From positions 199,414 through 263,413 of the IMG/VR virus record IMGVR_UViG_3300046513_000221: a stretch of 64,000 nucleotides of DNA; one strand, written 5' to 3'. Position numbers and translations under genes: made by a program. This document shows positions 1-7,810 of this stretch, piece by piece; within the stretch, counting starts at the first letter, position 1; each line of letters begins with the position of its first letter. The notes beneath the pieces are model-generated. The model was not told the DNA's origin. It was given only the letters and a program-made list of their open reading frames with translations, and did no database searches.

Positions 1-2
1 GC

Positions 3-626
3 TTCATCCAAGGCGTCGAGCAGATCGTCCGTGGATCCTTCGAGTACTCGAATTTCATCAAGTACCTGAAGACCGAGGCCAAGCTCACGTACTGCGATGT
101 GCTGACGGGCCTGAACGAGGACATCATGAAGGATCTCAGCCTTGAGATGCATCACTACCCGTTCACCCTGTACGACATCACAGAGACGGTGCTGATGAAG
201 CACCTGCTGAACAACATGGACTTCACCCGGCTGAGTATCGCCAACGAGGTGATGGACCTACACTTCTCCTTGCAGGTCGGGATCATTCCCCTGACTCTGA
301 CCGTCCACCAGCTGGCGCACAGCGGCGGGATCATCGCGGATCTGGACAACATCTTCGGCAACTACACGAAGTTCGCCGAGGACTACGAGCTTTTCATCCC
401 CGAACCTGCAATGACGAGGCTGAAGGTCTACGAGTCCAAGAGCAAGAACAAGGCTCTGCTCAAGAACACCAATCGCAACACGCTGGAATTCAACCCAGGC
501 CTGTTCGTCATCGACTACGAGCCTACCTCCGGCGATCCGGAAGTTGACCAGTGGGAGAAGGGCAAAAAGCCGCCACCTTGGGATCCAGTAGCGGCCTTCG
601 GTGAAGACACATCCTATGGAGATTGA
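3..626 (+). CDS. Conserved jumbo-phage protein with His-rich HNH-like motifs (5' end outside window)
   Basis: Frame open from window edge (FIQGVEQIVRGSFEY...); motifs EMHHYPFTL and LTVHQLAH; genome-typical codon usage. Confidence 0.6.
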   Translation, partial: FIQGVEQIVRGSFEYSNFIKYLKTEAKLTYCDVLTGLNEDIMKDLSLEMHHYPFTLYDITETVLMKHLLNNMDFTRLSIANEVMDLHFSLQVGIIPLTLTVHQLAHSGGIIADLDNIFGNYTKFAEDYELFIPEPAMTRLKVYESKSKNKALLKNTNRNTLEFNPGLFVIDYEPTSGDPEVDQWEKGKKPPPWDPVAAFGEDTSYGD

Positions 627-627
627 T

Positions 628-870
628 ATGAACGAACAGCAAGTACGAAGGGAATTGGCGGCACAGGTCGCCGCCGGGACCATCAGCGCGTGCGCCTGTA
701 TGGGTGCCGTGTACGGGGAACCGCACTGCCCTTGCAAAATGAAGCAACTCGGTCTCCCCAGCTCACCGGCGCACATCGCCGCCAACGAGAAGGCGAACGA
801 AGACCTCAAGAAGCTCTTCGGCCCCGGTGGCGTATTTCATCGACCCGCTCCCGCTCCAGAAAGTACTTGA
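628..870 (+). CDS. Small hypothetical protein with CAC...HCPC putative metal-binding motif
   Basis: GGAG RBS before ATG 628; 3' end overlaps the convergent glycosylase gene. Confidence 0.55.
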   Translation: MNEQQVRRELAAQVAAGTISACACMGAVYGEPHCPCKMKQLGLPSSPAHIAANEKANEDLKKLFGPGGVFHRPAPAPEST

Positions 871-1276
871 GCATGTGGTCCTCCGGAGCGATTTCCTGAT
901 ACCGCATCCCGAGAACGAAGATGCAGTAGGACTCCATAGCGTAGTTGCCGACCTGCGGTAGCTTCATGACGGACTCGAACGAGTGCCAATCCTCTGCTTC
1001 CGAATAGGCTCTCGACAGGGTTCTGATAGCCTGAGTCCTGACCACTCCGAAACCCAGCGGCTTGAGCAGGGTGTAGACCTCCTCGTCGGAGGCCAGTACA
1101 AGAAAGTCCTCCGGACTGGGGAACCTTCTGAATAACTCGACAGCGATAGGCTTCGCCACGCTGCCTCTTGCCCGGCGCACTAGAGTGGCGCAGACGAGAA
1201 CCTTCCAAGGATCGTTTGCGTACTCCTCCTGAACCAGCCGGTAACCTTCAGGTACGATATCAGTTCTAGTTGACAT
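806..1276 (-). CDS. MBD4-like HhH-GPD mismatch (U:G/T:G) DNA glycosylase
   Basis: LVQE..DPWKVLV, FPSPE, LLKPLG, LPQVGNYAMESYCIF, PEDH parallel the MBD4 glycosylase domain (LVQE..DPWKLL, LLKPLG, GIGKYGNDSYRIF, PEDH). Confidence 0.85.
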   Translation of the reverse strand: MSTRTDIVPEGYRLVQEEYANDPWKVLVCATLVRRARGSVAKPIAVELFRRFPSPEDFLVLASDEEVYTLLKPLGFGVVRTQAIRTLSRAYSEAEDWHSFESVMKLPQVGNYAMESYCIFVLGMRYQEIAPEDHMLKYFLERERVDEIRHRGRRAS

Positions 1277-1291
1277 GGCATCGAATCCTCC

Positions 1292-1303
1292 AACAGTAGC
1301 ATA
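1292..1303 (+). promoter_or_regulatory. AR9-type late promoter AACA-N6-TA
   Basis: AACA gtagca TA just upstream of ATG 1330. Confidence 0.65.
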
Positions 1304-1329
1304 GCAATTTCATATTTGGATCACACAAA

Positions 1330-1665
1330 ATGTTCGGATTCCTCAAACGTAAGCCGGTAGCTCCACCTCCGCTTCCAACCTTCGACTTCGAGAAAGATAC
1401 CCAGTATCTCTTCTCGATGATCGCGACCTACATTGAGAGCGAGAAGTTCAAGCTCCGGATTCACCAGAAGACCCTGATGACGGACAACGACATCACGGAG
1501 ATCTCCGTGGCGCTGCTCACCAGCGTCATCGAGTCCATCGCGGAGCCGTATCGCCGCATGCTCACCAAGTACATTCCCGATGAGAAGATCGACGACTTCA
1601 TCGCCGAGATCATCATCCGCAACATGGTGGAGGCAGGTATCACCATCAACCAATCGACAGTGTAA
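1330..1665 (+). CDS. Hypothetical protein
   Basis: 111 aa ORF, typical codon usage, downstream of late promoter. Confidence 0.7.
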   Translation: MFGFLKRKPVAPPPLPTFDFEKDTQYLFSMIATYIESEKFKLRIHQKTLMTDNDITEISVALLTSVIESIAEPYRRMLTKYIPDEKIDDFIAEIIIRNMVEAGITINQSTV

Positions 1666-1674
1666 GGAGAAAGC

Positions 1675-1983
1675 ATGGACAACCAGCATCAAAAGATTTC
1701 GGGTTACAGGGACTTCGGTCAGGAGACCATCGATAAGATCAACGAGATCAAGGGTCTGGGCAACGGCCAACTGAAGCCCCTGATCGACCGTCTGATAGCC
1801 GACCACGGCGCAGAGCTGCACCAGACGATCGGTATGCAGACCTCGATGACCGAGGAAGAGTACCTCGCCAAGATGGCCGAATTGGCCGACGCAAGCAAAA
1901 ACATGGGAACGGCACAGGAACATCTGCGTATCGGTTTCATGATGCTGATCCGGGTGGTCGCCCGTCCGAAGACCGAGTACTAA
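1675..1983 (+). CDS. acb2: Anti-CBASS protein Acb2 (cyclic oligonucleotide sponge)
   Basis: N-terminus MDNQHQKISGYRDFGQETIDKINEIK and C-terminus GFMMLIRVVARP closely match Acb2 ([20 protein letters not shown]...GMMAIIRAIAQP); AGGAG RBS. Confidence 0.9.
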   Translation: MDNQHQKISGYRDFGQETIDKINEIKGLGNGQLKPLIDRLIADHGAELHQTIGMQTSMTEEEYLAKMAELADASKNMGTAQEHLRIGFMMLIRVVARPKTEY

Positions 1984-1990
1984 GATCAAC

Positions 1991-2066
1991 GGGGCGTAAC
2001 TGTCACATACGGGAGACAGCGGGTGAAATACTCGGGCGCAGGGTTAAACTCCCTCACGCTCCACCA
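1991..2066 (+). ncRNA. tRNA-like RNA with alanine acceptor identity and atypical anticodon arm
   Basis: 76 nt; acceptor stem GGGGCGT/ACGCTCC with G3-U70, A73, encoded CCA; D arm CTGTC/GACAG; T arm AGGG-TTAAACT-CCCT at canonical positions; central arm CGGGT-GAAAT-ACTCG. Confidence 0.7.
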
Positions 2067-2111
2067 AAAAAGAAAGCACCTTGACACCGAAATGGCGTCA
2101 AGGTGCGTTTC
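2066..2111. terminator. Bidirectional intrinsic terminator
   Basis: GCACCTTGAC/GTCAAGGTGC hairpin flanked by A- and T-rich tails between convergent units. Confidence 0.7.
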
Positions 2112-2879
2112 TTACACCAGCAGCTGAATAAGCGGCTGAAGGAAGTTCTCGTAGTTGTAGCTGATGTCCAGCTCCTCAAGCTGATCATCCTGAATGTACT
2201 CGAAGTACACGTCGTTGCTCGCCAGCCGCAGCTTGAGCTTGTACTGGTAGATGGCGTTCAGTTCCCGGTAGTAGTCGTGAGCCAGCTCCAGACTGACGTA
2301 GCAGTGACGTAATTCTTGGAGATAGTCGAAGATGAACTGCTTGTCCTTGTACTCGTAGAACTTCATGAGAATCTTGATCTCTTCGATCAGATTGTCCTTG
2401 GCCTCCACGTCGTGATCCAGCCCCTTGAACCAGAACCTGTCGGTCTTGGCGTGCAGGAAGAACTCCTTCTTCCGCAGGAGCATGTATGACGATGCCGTCT
2501 CCCGGAGCGTGAAGACCACGTTGTCGAACTCCAGCACGGTCGGCTTCTGGTCGTACATCGTGATCGAGTCCTTCTTGACGCTGAGGATCCGGTCCTCGTC
2601 GATCTCGTTGTGCTCCCTGAAGAGCCTCATGTGCTCGATGAATCCGTCGTTCAGCTGCTTGACGAACTCCTTGTTGTCCCTCGCGTACTTACCGATCTCG
2701 ATGTGACGCTGCTTCTTGGTCATCCCGGATATCTGCTTGACGAACTTCTCGGGCAGCAGTCCGTTGTTCTTCGATATCGACCAGCCCCCCTCGATGATGT
2801 CGTACTCCTGAATGCTCTTGTTCTTCAGAACGAGAATGTCCTCGTTCAGGTAGACGAGTGAGTTCACGCTTCCAGACAT
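2112..2879 (-). CDS. Putative split DNA polymerase (PolB palm-related) subunit
   Basis: EYDI...ILSVKKDSI motifs resemble palm acidic motifs of the short polymerase-like protein of AR9/phiKZ-related phages. Confidence 0.45.
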   Translation of the reverse strand: MSGSVNSLVYLNEDILVLKNKSIQEYDIIEGGWSISKNNGLLPEKFVKQISGMTKKQRHIEIGKYARDNKEFVKQLNDGFIEHMRLFREHNEIDEDRILSVKKDSITMYDQKPTVLEFDNVVFTLRETASSYMLLRKKEFFLHAKTDRFWFKGLDHDVEAKDNLIEEIKILMKFYEYKDKQFIFDYLQELRHCYVSLELAHDYYRELNAIYQYKLKLRLASNDVYFEYIQDDQLEELDISYNYENFLQPLIQLLV

Positions 2880-2918
2880 AGTGTCTCCTCGTACAGTTGA
2901 TCTTTAGGTTTGTTTTGC

Positions 2919-2931
2919 GAATATATAATTC
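2919..2931 (+). promoter_or_regulatory. Putative early promoter core (GAATATATAATTC)
   Basis: Same ATATAT core as the sites at 19867, 25916, 40244 and 50450. Confidence 0.4.
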
Positions 2932-3040
2932 TCATGATTGCACTTGGGATGCGCATTGACATCCTTCAACATATAAATTATATATTTGTAATCGATTTCT
3001 CAATTTCCCGCACGGCGGGAGATGAATATCTGGAGAGTAA

Positions 3041-3553
3041 ATGAGTATTGCTTACTTCACGGTGCCGAACGATCAGCACCAAGTAACCAACATTGCGGCC
3101 GCGATGGATTCCCGTGATCTCGACGATCACGATATCATCAACATCGAAACGGTCAACGCCAACACTCTCGTGAAGGTATGGTTCCGCCAAGTTAAGATGG
3201 TTCCTTCCGGCGTCAAGGTCGCCGAGATTGATGTCTCGAAGGCTATGGCGTCCAACATGATCACCAATGCCGGTCAGCTGGTTGCCGCATTCGGCGCACC
3301 GCAGACCCGCTATGAGCCGCCTCCTAACCCGGACGCTCATCCGGAGACGAGCTACGACCCGGCAGGATGGACTCCGGGCGTCAAGTACGAGAAGGGTGAT
3401 AAGGTCACCCTCAACGGTGAAGTCAAGGTAATCGGCAATAGCGGTACCTCCGCAGATCTGGATCCGAAGCCAACCGTCCCAGCAACTGATGTAAATCAAG
3501 CCAAAAGCAAGATCGCACTGAAGTCGCTCCCGAACAGTAAGCACCGCCGCTAA
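3041..3553 (+). CDS. Putative virion protein with CBM5/12-like motif
   Basis: WTPGVKYEKGDKVTLNG fits W..G..Y..GD.V..NG; GGAG RBS. Confidence 0.55.
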   Translation: MSIAYFTVPNDQHQVTNIAAAMDSRDLDDHDIINIETVNANTLVKVWFRQVKMVPSGVKVAEIDVSKAMASNMITNAGQLVAAFGAPQTRYEPPPNPDAHPETSYDPAGWTPGVKYEKGDKVTLNGEVKVIGNSGTSADLDPKPTVPATDVNQAKSKIALKSLPNSKHRR

Positions 3554-3556
3554 ACG

Positions 3557-3596
3557 AAAAATGCTATATGGGTCAACAGATTCATATAGCATTTTT
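3557..3596 (+). terminator. Intrinsic terminator, overlapped by an AACA-N6-TA motif (3575-3586)
   Basis: AAAAATGCTATATG/CATATAGCATTTTT inverted repeat. Confidence 0.65.
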
Positions 3597-3640
3597 ATCG
3601 ATTTCGCGTTATAATGCAAAGATGTGGCCGAGGGTGCAAA

Positions 3641-4021
3641 ATGAGTAAACGTAAACAGAGTAAGCAAGATAAAGAAGCCTTGGAGTTGGAGCGCAAGCTC
3701 GGCGGTCTCTTGGGCTGGGTTAACATCGAGCAATCATTGGCAGTTGATGGTACCGTCATCTTCACGGGGATTGCACCGAAGAGCAGTAAGGTCAGCGTCC
3801 TCCCGCAATGGGTACGCGACTGGCGCGACTGCGGTCCTCTGCTGACTCAGGTCAGTATGATCGCGATCTACATCGACAAGGACGCCGACGAGATCGAGTG
3901 TCATGTCAATTCTCCAAACATGTCGAAGTACAATGACTTGGCACTGCGCATGGGGATCGTCGAATCCTTTATTGACGACATCGAAGAACAGAAAGAAGAA
4001 GAACCTGTATGCTCCAGCTAA
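3641..4021 (+). CDS. Hypothetical protein
   Basis: ORF with GAGGG RBS, coupled to the RNAP gene. Confidence 0.6.
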   Translation: MSKRKQSKQDKEALELERKLGGLLGWVNIEQSLAVDGTVIFTGIAPKSSKVSVLPQWVRDWRDCGPLLTQVSMIAIYIDKDADEIECHVNSPNMSKYNDLALRMGIVESFIDDIEEQKEEEPVCSS

Positions 4022-5367
4022 AACCACGTAACATCGACGATGCATTCGTCGAAGCAAATCTGATCACCAATCACGAGCCACTGAGCAGCGATGCCAAGTT
4101 CACCCTCGACGGCGTCTTCTCCGAGAAGATCTTCGGCACGATGGCGAACGGCATCGACTACTCCTGCACCTGCGGGTGCTATCAAGGCGAGTTCAACAAG
4201 GGCTACGAGTGCGAGATCTGCAACGACCCTGTCGTGTTCAAGGGTCTGGCGCTGAAGAAGGAAGGCTGGATCGATCTGGAGTACCCGATCATCCACCCGG
4301 TCTTCTACCGCTACCTGAAGAAGATCATCGGTGCGACCAATCTGCAGTCGATCATCAACTACAAGGGCAAGATCAAAGTGTCCGGCCAGCTGGACGAGGC
4401 TCCGCTGGAGTACCCGTTCCACGAGATCGGCATGATGCGTTTCATCGAGAACTTCGAGACCATCGTGGACAGCTACATCAGCCAGAAGTCCGAGAAGGCC
4501 GTCAAGCACGCCAAGGATATCGCCTTCATCGTCGAGCATCAGGAGCTTGTGTTCATCACCAAGTACCCGATCATCAACAGCCGCCTCCGTCCGGCGACCA
4601 TCCTGAACGGCGAGTTCAGCTTCGACGCGATCAACAACCTGTACAACGGCATCATCCGTGGCTCCGGTCTGCTGCGCGATCTGACCGAGATCGAGAAGAA
4701 CGACATGAACATCCTGTCTCTGGTCTACAAGAACCAGATGCTGGTGAACGAGTTGTTCGATACCGTCATCGACACGCTGTCCAACAAGGACGGCTACATC
4801 CGTGGCTCCCTGATGGGATGCCGCCTGAACTGGTCGAGCCGCAACGTCATCACGCCGCTGACCGGCAAGTACGGTATGGACCAGTGCGTCATGCCTTACC
4901 TGACCGCGATCGAGCTGCTGAAGCCGCTGATCATGCGCAAGCTGCAGAAGCTGAAGAAGATCAGCATCGCGGCGGCGCACAAGATCTGGTTCGAGGCCAA
5001 TCTGGTCTACAACAAGCTCGTGCACAGCATCATGCGCGAGCTGGTGAAAGAAAACAACATCCGGATCCTGCTGAACCGTAATCCGACGATCTCGGTAGGC
5101 TCTATCCTGATGCTGGAGGTAGCCGATATCAAGGAGGACATGGAAGACGTCACCTTGAGCATCTCCAACCTGATCCTGCCGTCCATCTCCGGCGACTACG
5201 ACGGAGACGTTCTGAACATCGTCATGCTGTTCTCCAAGGCGTTCGTCGATCTGTTCCGTCCATTCATGCCGAGCAACCTCGTCATCGACACCGACAGCGG
5301 CGAGTTCAACGGCAATTTCGCACCGTTCAAGGACGTGGCTATCGGCCTCCAGTCCATCGTGAACTAG
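4009..5367 (+). CDS. Multisubunit RNA polymerase beta' N-terminal subunit (catalytic; probably non-virion RNAP)
   Basis: GVFSEKIFG, Zn finger CTCG..CEIC, LRP, SSRNVI, LLNRNPTI, catalytic GDYDGD. Confidence 0.92.
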   Translation: MLQLKPRNIDDAFVEANLITNHEPLSSDAKFTLDGVFSEKIFGTMANGIDYSCTCGCYQGEFNKGYECEICNDPVVFKGLALKKEGWIDLEYPIIHPVFYRYLKKIIGATNLQSIINYKGKIKVSGQLDEAPLEYPFHEIGMMRFIENFETIVDSYISQKSEKAVKHAKDIAFIVEHQELVFITKYPIINSRLRPATILNGEFSFDAINNLYNGIIRGSGLLRDLTEIEKNDMNILSLVYKNQMLVNELFDTVIDTLSNKDGYIRGSLMGCRLNWSSRNVITPLTGKYGMDQCVMPYLTAIELLKPLIMRKLQKLKKISIAAAHKIWFEANLVYNKLVHSIMRELVKENNIRILLNRNPTISVGSILMLEVADIKEDMEDVTLSISNLILPSISGDYDGDVLNIVMLFSKAFVDLFRPFMPSNLVIDTDSGEFNGNFAPFKDVAIGLQSIVN

Positions 5368-5375
5368 GAGGTAAA

Positions 5376-5651
5376 ATGTGCCCTCTGCCAACAAAGCGTG
5401 AACACGTCTTTCTGGCCGGGGCGCTCCTCTTCGCTATTCTGTACTCGACTGCGATCGAGGCTATGGCGGGGTGGAGCGCCGAAGTGGATATCCTGAAAAC
5501 CGCGTGTAACGATAACGACGGTCTGAAGGAGATCTACCGAGACTGGAAGAACAAAGGTCGTCCGATCGTCGCCGAGTGCTACGACGGTACGAAGTGGCGA
5601 ATATTCAATGGGAAGGTAGTACCGTATGCCAAGCAAGAAAAAACTCCGTAG
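5376..5651 (+). CDS. Hypothetical protein with N-terminal TM/signal segment
   Basis: GGAGG RBS; hydrophobic segment. Confidence 0.55.
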   Translation: MCPLPTKREHVFLAGALLFAILYSTAIEAMAGWSAEVDILKTACNDNDGLKEIYRDWKNKGRPIVAECYDGTKWRIFNGKVVPYAKQEKTP

Positions 5652-5937
5652 CATCACGGACATCGAGTGGCTGCAGCTCAAGACCGGGCGCGGTCAGGAT
5701 GCCACCGGCTATCCATGTCACGACTACGGTGACGGCGGGTTCTTCTACTTCTGGCCGTGGGGAACCCAACCCGAGATCAACATTATCCACAAGATTGGTG
5801 CGAGCTGTCCTGTCAAAGCAGCTAAGGCGTTCCTGGAACACTACGTCAAGAACCCGTCCGGTGACATGACGACGCACTACCCACCAGTAAAGAAATCCAA
5901 GAATGCAAATCAAGGGAAAACCAAAAAAGGTCGTTGA
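5626..5937 (+). CDS. Hypothetical protein
   Basis: Overlapping small-gene run. Confidence 0.5.
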   Translation: MPSKKKLRSITDIEWLQLKTGRGQDATGYPCHDYGDGGFFYFWPWGTQPEINIIHKIGASCPVKAAKAFLEHYVKNPSGDMTTHYPPVKKSKNANQGKTKKGR

Positions 5938-6130
5938 CTGGCTCCTGAAGCACTTCGACCTGAAGGACGTGATCGTTATCGGCGCGATCGCGTTTGTCTA
6001 CATCAATGGCATCTACGTCCAGAAGCAACAGAGACTGGAGATGGAGGAAAGCTACCTGCGCGGCTATGCCGATGGCGTGAAGTTCTCCCTCAACCCCGGC
6101 ACGGATAACCAACCGAAAGGAAAGAAATAG
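5903..6130 (+). CDS. Small membrane protein
   Basis: Single TM segment (VIVIGAIAFVYI). Confidence 0.55.
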   Translation: MQIKGKPKKVVDWLLKHFDLKDVIVIGAIAFVYINGIYVQKQQRLEMEESYLRGYADGVKFSLNPGTDNQPKGKK

Positions 6131-6364
6131 ATGTGTCTCCCATATCAGATCGAATTCTCGATGTCTAACGGCATCAACGGCAAAGCCAATATCTACAATC
6201 ACGTCGATGCTCGCACCCGTATGAAGGAGATCTGTAGGGATCCCAAGACGGTCAGCGCCGTCCTCTGGACGACCAACGACGATGAGGGCGAACCATCCAG
6301 CCCGACTGTCATCAGCCGCCGTAACAAGACCGATCTCGCTTCCTTTGAGATCATTCCAATGTAA
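6131..6364 (+). CDS. Hypothetical protein
   Basis: Abuts previous stop codon. Confidence 0.55.
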   Translation: MCLPYQIEFSMSNGINGKANIYNHVDARTRMKEICRDPKTVSAVLWTTNDDEGEPSSPTVISRRNKTDLASFEIIPM

Positions 6365-6382
6365 GTCAACCAAGGAGGTAGC

Positions 6383-6661
6383 ATGAAGAAGTCCCTCGTA
6401 ATTCACGTCAAGAGCGATTTTGACGTGACAGCTTTTGTCAGCCGTGCGTGCAAGGACCACGAGCTGGATCCACCGATCCTGATCAAGCGCGAGAACAAGA
6501 TCTCCGAGTACAAACTCGTAGGTCCGGAGCAGAAGCTGGCACAGGCCGTGTGCGCCCACTTCCTCGACGACGATGCTCACGACTTCACCGAGGCATCGAT
6601 GATCGCTGCGACCGAGAAGATGATGGCGTCGGCCATCGAACACGCCGAAGCATCGGTCTGA
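6383..6661 (+). CDS. Hypothetical protein
   Basis: Strong AGGAGG RBS. Confidence 0.7.
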   Translation: MKKSLVIHVKSDFDVTAFVSRACKDHELDPPILIKRENKISEYKLVGPEQKLAQAVCAHFLDDDAHDFTEASMIAATEKMMASAIEHAEASV

Positions 6662-6706
6662 CCCAGCGGCCCTACCCTTACCGGGTAGGGTCAACAAGGA
6701 GTCAAG

Positions 6707-7027
6707 ATGGCTACAAAGAAGAAGCCCCAATCGACTGTTGTCGTGGACACATCCAAGGAAGTGGACGACGATAAACTCTCGAACCAGCAGCTCGCCGACC
6801 TGTACGGTGCGCTCACAACCCGCGTGCAGAGGATGCTAGCGGATCCAGTCTTCAAGCGTCAGCAAGAAATAGAGGACGCGCTGCGACTCAGGGTGTACGA
6901 AACCAAGAAGCACACTGAGAAGGTCGAACTCAAGGGCAAGGAGTGGATAGTCACCCTTCCGTCAGTGAAGAAAGAGCTAGACATGCGTGACATCAGACAC
7001 AGAAAGATCAAGAAAAGGAACACATGA
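6707..7027 (+). CDS. Hypothetical protein
   Basis: AAGGAG RBS. Confidence 0.7.
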   Translation: MATKKKPQSTVVVDTSKEVDDDKLSNQQLADLYGALTTRVQRMLADPVFKRQQEIEDALRLRVYETKKHTEKVELKGKEWIVTLPSVKKELDMRDIRHRKIKKRNT

Positions 7028-7719
7028 ACTCGTTACTAATGGTACTCTTCGGTGCCCTCCTGCTGTTCGCAGGTATGGCGGTGGTACTGGAACTGAAGCG
7101 GAGCCGGACCGATCTCGACTCCGTCATTCTCTACAACATCTCGGCCAACTTCTTTGGGTTGGCGTTCATTCTGTATCCCAGCCTGTCCACAATCCACATG
7201 ATCATCTGCGCGATGATCATCACCGTGATCGAGCTGGGTATCATGCAGATCATCATCAGCGGCAGGGCTTTCGGCATCGAATGCTCACGCATGAAGATCT
7301 ACCGTCGTTGGAAGGGCGGTATATGGGTAGTCATGTACGATGACGACAAGTGGCACCATGCCAATGCCAAGGGCTTCGTTAGTGGTGGCGGTTGCCATTA
7401 CACCTTCTTGGGCAACAAGAAGGTCGAGATCTACGACCCGATCGTCGATCAGGAGAAGTTCGCCAAGGTGGCGGAAGAGGGCGTACCTCAGATCGTGACT
7501 TGGAACGTCCGCGAGATGCCGGTGGTCGGCGGTATCACTGCGAGCTGGGTTCCTCCGAGCCGGATCTCGTTCTTCGCCGACGGCATTGACCTCGTGATCA
7601 ACGGCGACGGTACGATCACATGGAACGAGGAGAAGGCCAGCAGCGACGAGGCCGCTCTGGCATTCCTGGAATCGCTCAAGAAGCTGGCTCCGGAATTCTT
7701 CCGTCAGTCGAAACTGTAA
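7024..7719 (+). CDS. Membrane protein (about 3 TM) fused to a soluble domain
   Basis: ATGA overlap with upstream gene; hydrophobic first ~85 aa. Confidence 0.55.
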   Translation: MNSLLMVLFGALLLFAGMAVVLELKRSRTDLDSVILYNISANFFGLAFILYPSLSTIHMIICAMIITVIELGIMQIIISGRAFGIECSRMKIYRRWKGGIWVVMYDDDKWHHANAKGFVSGGGCHYTFLGNKKVEIYDPIVDQEKFAKVAEEGVPQIVTWNVREMPVVGGITASWVPPSRISFFADGIDLVINGDGTITWNEEKASSDEAALAFLESLKKLAPEFFRQSKL

Positions 7720-7724
7720 GCGGG

Positions 7725-7766
7725 ATGGGTGCGAGGGCGAGAGCCTTCCACCCTTCTTTTTTTTTT
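7725..7766 (+). terminator. Intrinsic terminator, hairpin + T10
   Basis: GGGTG..AGG/CCTT..CACCC followed by TTC and T10. Confidence 0.7.
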
Positions 7767-7774
7767 GTAAGCGC

Positions 7775-7786
7775 AACAACAGAATA
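7775..7786 (+). promoter_or_regulatory. Late promoter AACA-N6-TA
   Basis: AACA acagaa TA upstream of ATG 7811. Confidence 0.7.
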
Positions 7787-7810
7787 ATCAAATATCGCTT
7801 TAGGATCATC

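Noticed and set aside
1991-2066. Canonical tRNA-Phe (GAA) call
   Set aside because: GAA cannot be placed in a 7-nt loop closed by a paired stem; acceptor identity is Ala
2903-2979. Near-miss late promoters (minus AACA aaccta AA; plus AACA tataaa TT; also AACC variant at about 63211)
   Set aside because: Deviate from the consensus; not counted, though possibly functional
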